A stretch of DNA of 64,000 bases, taken from the human T2T-CHM13v2.0 reference genome, Homo sapiens. The DNA lies in NCBI RefSeq assembly GCF_009914755.1, contig NC_060927.1. One strand, given 5' to 3'. The notes under the pieces were generated by a model. It saw only the letters and a program-made list of their open reading frames with translations, did no database searches and was not told where the DNA came from. The position numbers were made by a program, and so were the translations under genes. Shown piece after piece: positions 60,966 to 64,000 of this stretch (positions are counted from its first letter, which is position 1; each line of letters opens with the position of its first letter).

Positions 60966-61080
60966 TAACCATTTCACAGGTATCTTTAAAAATTACATTC
61001 TACAAGAGAAAATTAGGAACACTGGATCCTACTTTTCTTCCAGTTTTGTAACTAGGAACACTTGTGGTTTCTTTGGTCAG

Positions 61081-62141
61081 GTGGTGAGTCCTGGATCAAA
61101 AATGAAGGGCTAGTTATAAAGCAGGAAGCCTCTGAAGAAACAGAGTTGCACAGAATGCCAGTAGGAGGACTTCTCAGGAACGTTTCTCAGCACTTTGATT
61201 TTAAAAGGAAGGCACTGAAGCAGACTTTCAATCTAAATCCAAATCTGATACTTCGAGGTGGAATGAAGTTCTATGAATGTAAAGAATGTGGGAAAATCTT
61301 CCGATATAACTCAAAGCTTATTCGGCATCAGATGAGTCATACTGGGGAAAAGCCCTTTAAGTGTAAGGAGTGTGGCAAAGCTTTCAAGTCCAGCTATGAT
61401 TGTATTGTACATGAGAAAAACCACATTGGAGAAGGGCCCTATGAATGTAAGGAGTGTGGCAAAGGTTTGAGTTCCAACACAGCCTTGACTCAACATCAGA
61501 GGATCCACACTGGAGAGAAACCCTATGAATGTAAAGAGTGTGGAAAGGCTTTCCGTAGGAGTGCGGCATACCTGCAGCATCAGAGATTACACACGGGAGA
61601 GAAACTCTATAAATGTAAGGAATGTTGGAAAGCTTTCGGTTGTAGGTCACTTTTTATTGTCCATCAGAGAATTCATACTGGGGAGAAACCTTATCAATGT
61701 AAGGAGTGTGGCAAAGCCTTCACCCAGAAAATAGCCTCCATTCAGCATCAGAGAGTTCACACTGGGGAGAAGCCTTATGAATGTAAGGTGTGTGGGAAAG
61801 CCTTCAAATGGTATGGAAGTTTTGTTCAGCATCAGAAATTGCACCCTGTGGAGAAGAAGCCAGTCAAGGTCCTTGGGCCATCCCTGGTCAGTCCCCAGTG
61901 CTCCTCTCCAGCCATACCTCCTGTTCTTCTCCAGGGATCCTGTTCTGCTTCAGCCGTAGCTGTGCCTTCACTGACCTTTCCACATGCTGTGCTCATTCCT
62001 ACCTCTGGGAATTTTTTCATGCTGCTGCCTACATCTGGAATACCTTCTTCATCTGCCCAAATAGTGCGTGTCTTCCAGGGTCTTACTCCCACTGTGAAAC
62101 CTTCCCCAGTTATTCTCACCCCTTCTTCTCACTCCTCATGA
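61081..62141 (+). CDS. ZNF621: ZNF621 zinc-finger exon: short spacer, 7 C2H2 fingers, Pro/Ser-rich tail
   Basis: ORF 61062..62141; GTCAG| acceptor; 24+127+108+1061 nt gives 439 aa. Confidence 0.95.
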
Positions 62142-62177
62142 GCTTTATCTTGGCAGTCTTACGGCTCTTATGCCTAG

Positions 62178-62498
<321 letters not shown>

Positions 62499-64000
62499 TA
62501 ATTTGAGTTTCATTTGTATTTTTTTCATCACCTTACATGTGTTAACAGCTGTTTCAACATAAACTCCATTATAATCTATATACATTTAAAGACCGTGTTT
62601 ACATAATCTCTTCTGGGTAGAAAATGGAAATACTTAACCTTTGCATTGGTCCCTTTCAGGCTTGAACAACAGTGGCTGTATCTGCATCGTGGGGTTGCTG
62701 GTGGTAGAACACTTTGGTGTTAGGAAAGTTTGGAAAAGAGGATATCCCTGTATTAGGCCATTATGATTAGAGATAAGCAGCCTGGGAGAAACATACAAGA
62801 CCTGTGGCTACTGGTAGAGAATTGGAATAAGCTTCCAACAATGGACTGTAGAGATTAATGGAGATTGTTTAGTGGGCCCATGGCTAGGTGGGGTATTAAT
62901 ACAGTTGAAGTTATGTTGCCCTTGGCACAGATCTTTGAGAATCTCATACATCTGTGAAAAAGATAATGTGAAATAAACAGTAAAAAAAAAAAGTATGTTG
63001 ATGGCAGTGAGAGTAATCATGTCTTTAAACGTGAAGTTTTTTTTTCTTTAGTTTTGCTCTTGATAGCTAGATGTTTCTTTTAACTTTTATTTCGTAAGTA
63101 AATATACACAAAGGCATTCATCTTTGTTGAATCTGTTGTGCAGATTTTTCTTGATGAGCATTCTGTTTTTTTTTCTTTGTGAGCACTGGCTTCTATATTT
63201 TATTTCATATTTATGAATTATAAATATGAATTTAATTACTAAAGAAATAAAAATAATGGTGTAAAGCCAACTCGAGGGGAATCTGAATAAGCTTCCAAAA
63301 TTTTTTTTTTTAAGAAATAAAGGGAGCTGTGTAGTGGGTCAGTGGCTAGGTAGGTTAGTGAAGTGGAATTTGGGGTTGCTCTTGGAAGTGGCCTTGATGA
63401 GGATCCTTTACAACTATTCAGAGGACTGTGTGAAGTAGTTACTGGAAAAAGAACTTGAATTATGCATTTATTGGCATTAATGTAAACAGTAAGTCCTAAG
63501 CTTTGATGGAAGGGTCCATACATTTTTTTTTTTTTTTGCTGATGTTGCTATCTAGATGTTTCTCTATAGCAATTAATAGCAAAACCTTTACATTCTTGGT
63601 TTTTAAACTTTACCATGTGCCTGAATTACATAGTGTGCTTGTAAAAAGAAGAGTTTTCTCTCTTGCACAAATTCTGATTTTGGCTATCTGTGGTGATGGC
63701 CAGATCTTTAGCATGGACCATACTTTGAGAGATATGCTTCAAACAGAAAATGCCCACCCCTCCTCCTTTACCCAGCATAAACTCTATGGTTAATTCTTAA
63801 AATAATGCCTTACAGTCTCCATTAACTCCCTTGCCCTTCTCTTGCTTTGTCATGCTCGCTTGGCAAAACCTCATCTCTGACTAAATGCAGTTCTTTGCCT
63901 TCTCTGTTCCTGCACCAAAAATGATCAGGAGAAAGCATATTACCAGGCTGAACTGTCACTTTAAATTCATGACCAGTAACTTCATGGAGGCCCTTAACGT

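Overview
This is primate (human-like) genomic DNA holding a tandem, same-strand (+) cluster of three intact KRAB-C2H2 zinc-finger genes. I recognise them from their protein sequences as ZNF619 (about 6.2-17.3 kb, 10 fingers), ZNF620 (about 35.1-45.9 kb, 8 fingers, 422 aa) and ZNF621 (about 54.0-62.1 kb, 7 fingers, 439 aa), at human 3p22.1 from recall. Each gene has a CpG-rich promoter, a non-coding exon 1, an exon carrying 8 codons, a 127-nt KRAB-A exon, a KRAB-B exon and a large finger exon. A decayed fourth paralogue lies between ZNF619 and ZNF620 (about 26.4-30.85 kb). The rest is dense in Alu, L1, MER4/MER21/MST/MLT1/LTR13 LTRs and DNA-transposon relics, and most short ORFs in the track are repeat artefacts. 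The genes themselves are known. The best leads are: (1) a conserved out-of-frame upstream ATG in ZNF619 and ZNF621 that becomes in-frame exactly when KRAB-A is skipped, a possible repressor/non-repressor switch; (2) a conserved tandem acceptor 27 nt upstream of KRAB-A that is a poison site only in ZNF620; (3) a 1-nt frameshift that removed the Pro/Ser tail from ZNF620; (4) the fourth paralogue; (5) several fold-back hairpins built inside Alus; (6) a solo LTR13 nested in an Alu nested in an Alu. All exon structures and isoforms are inferred from splice motifs, phase and paralogy, not from transcript data.
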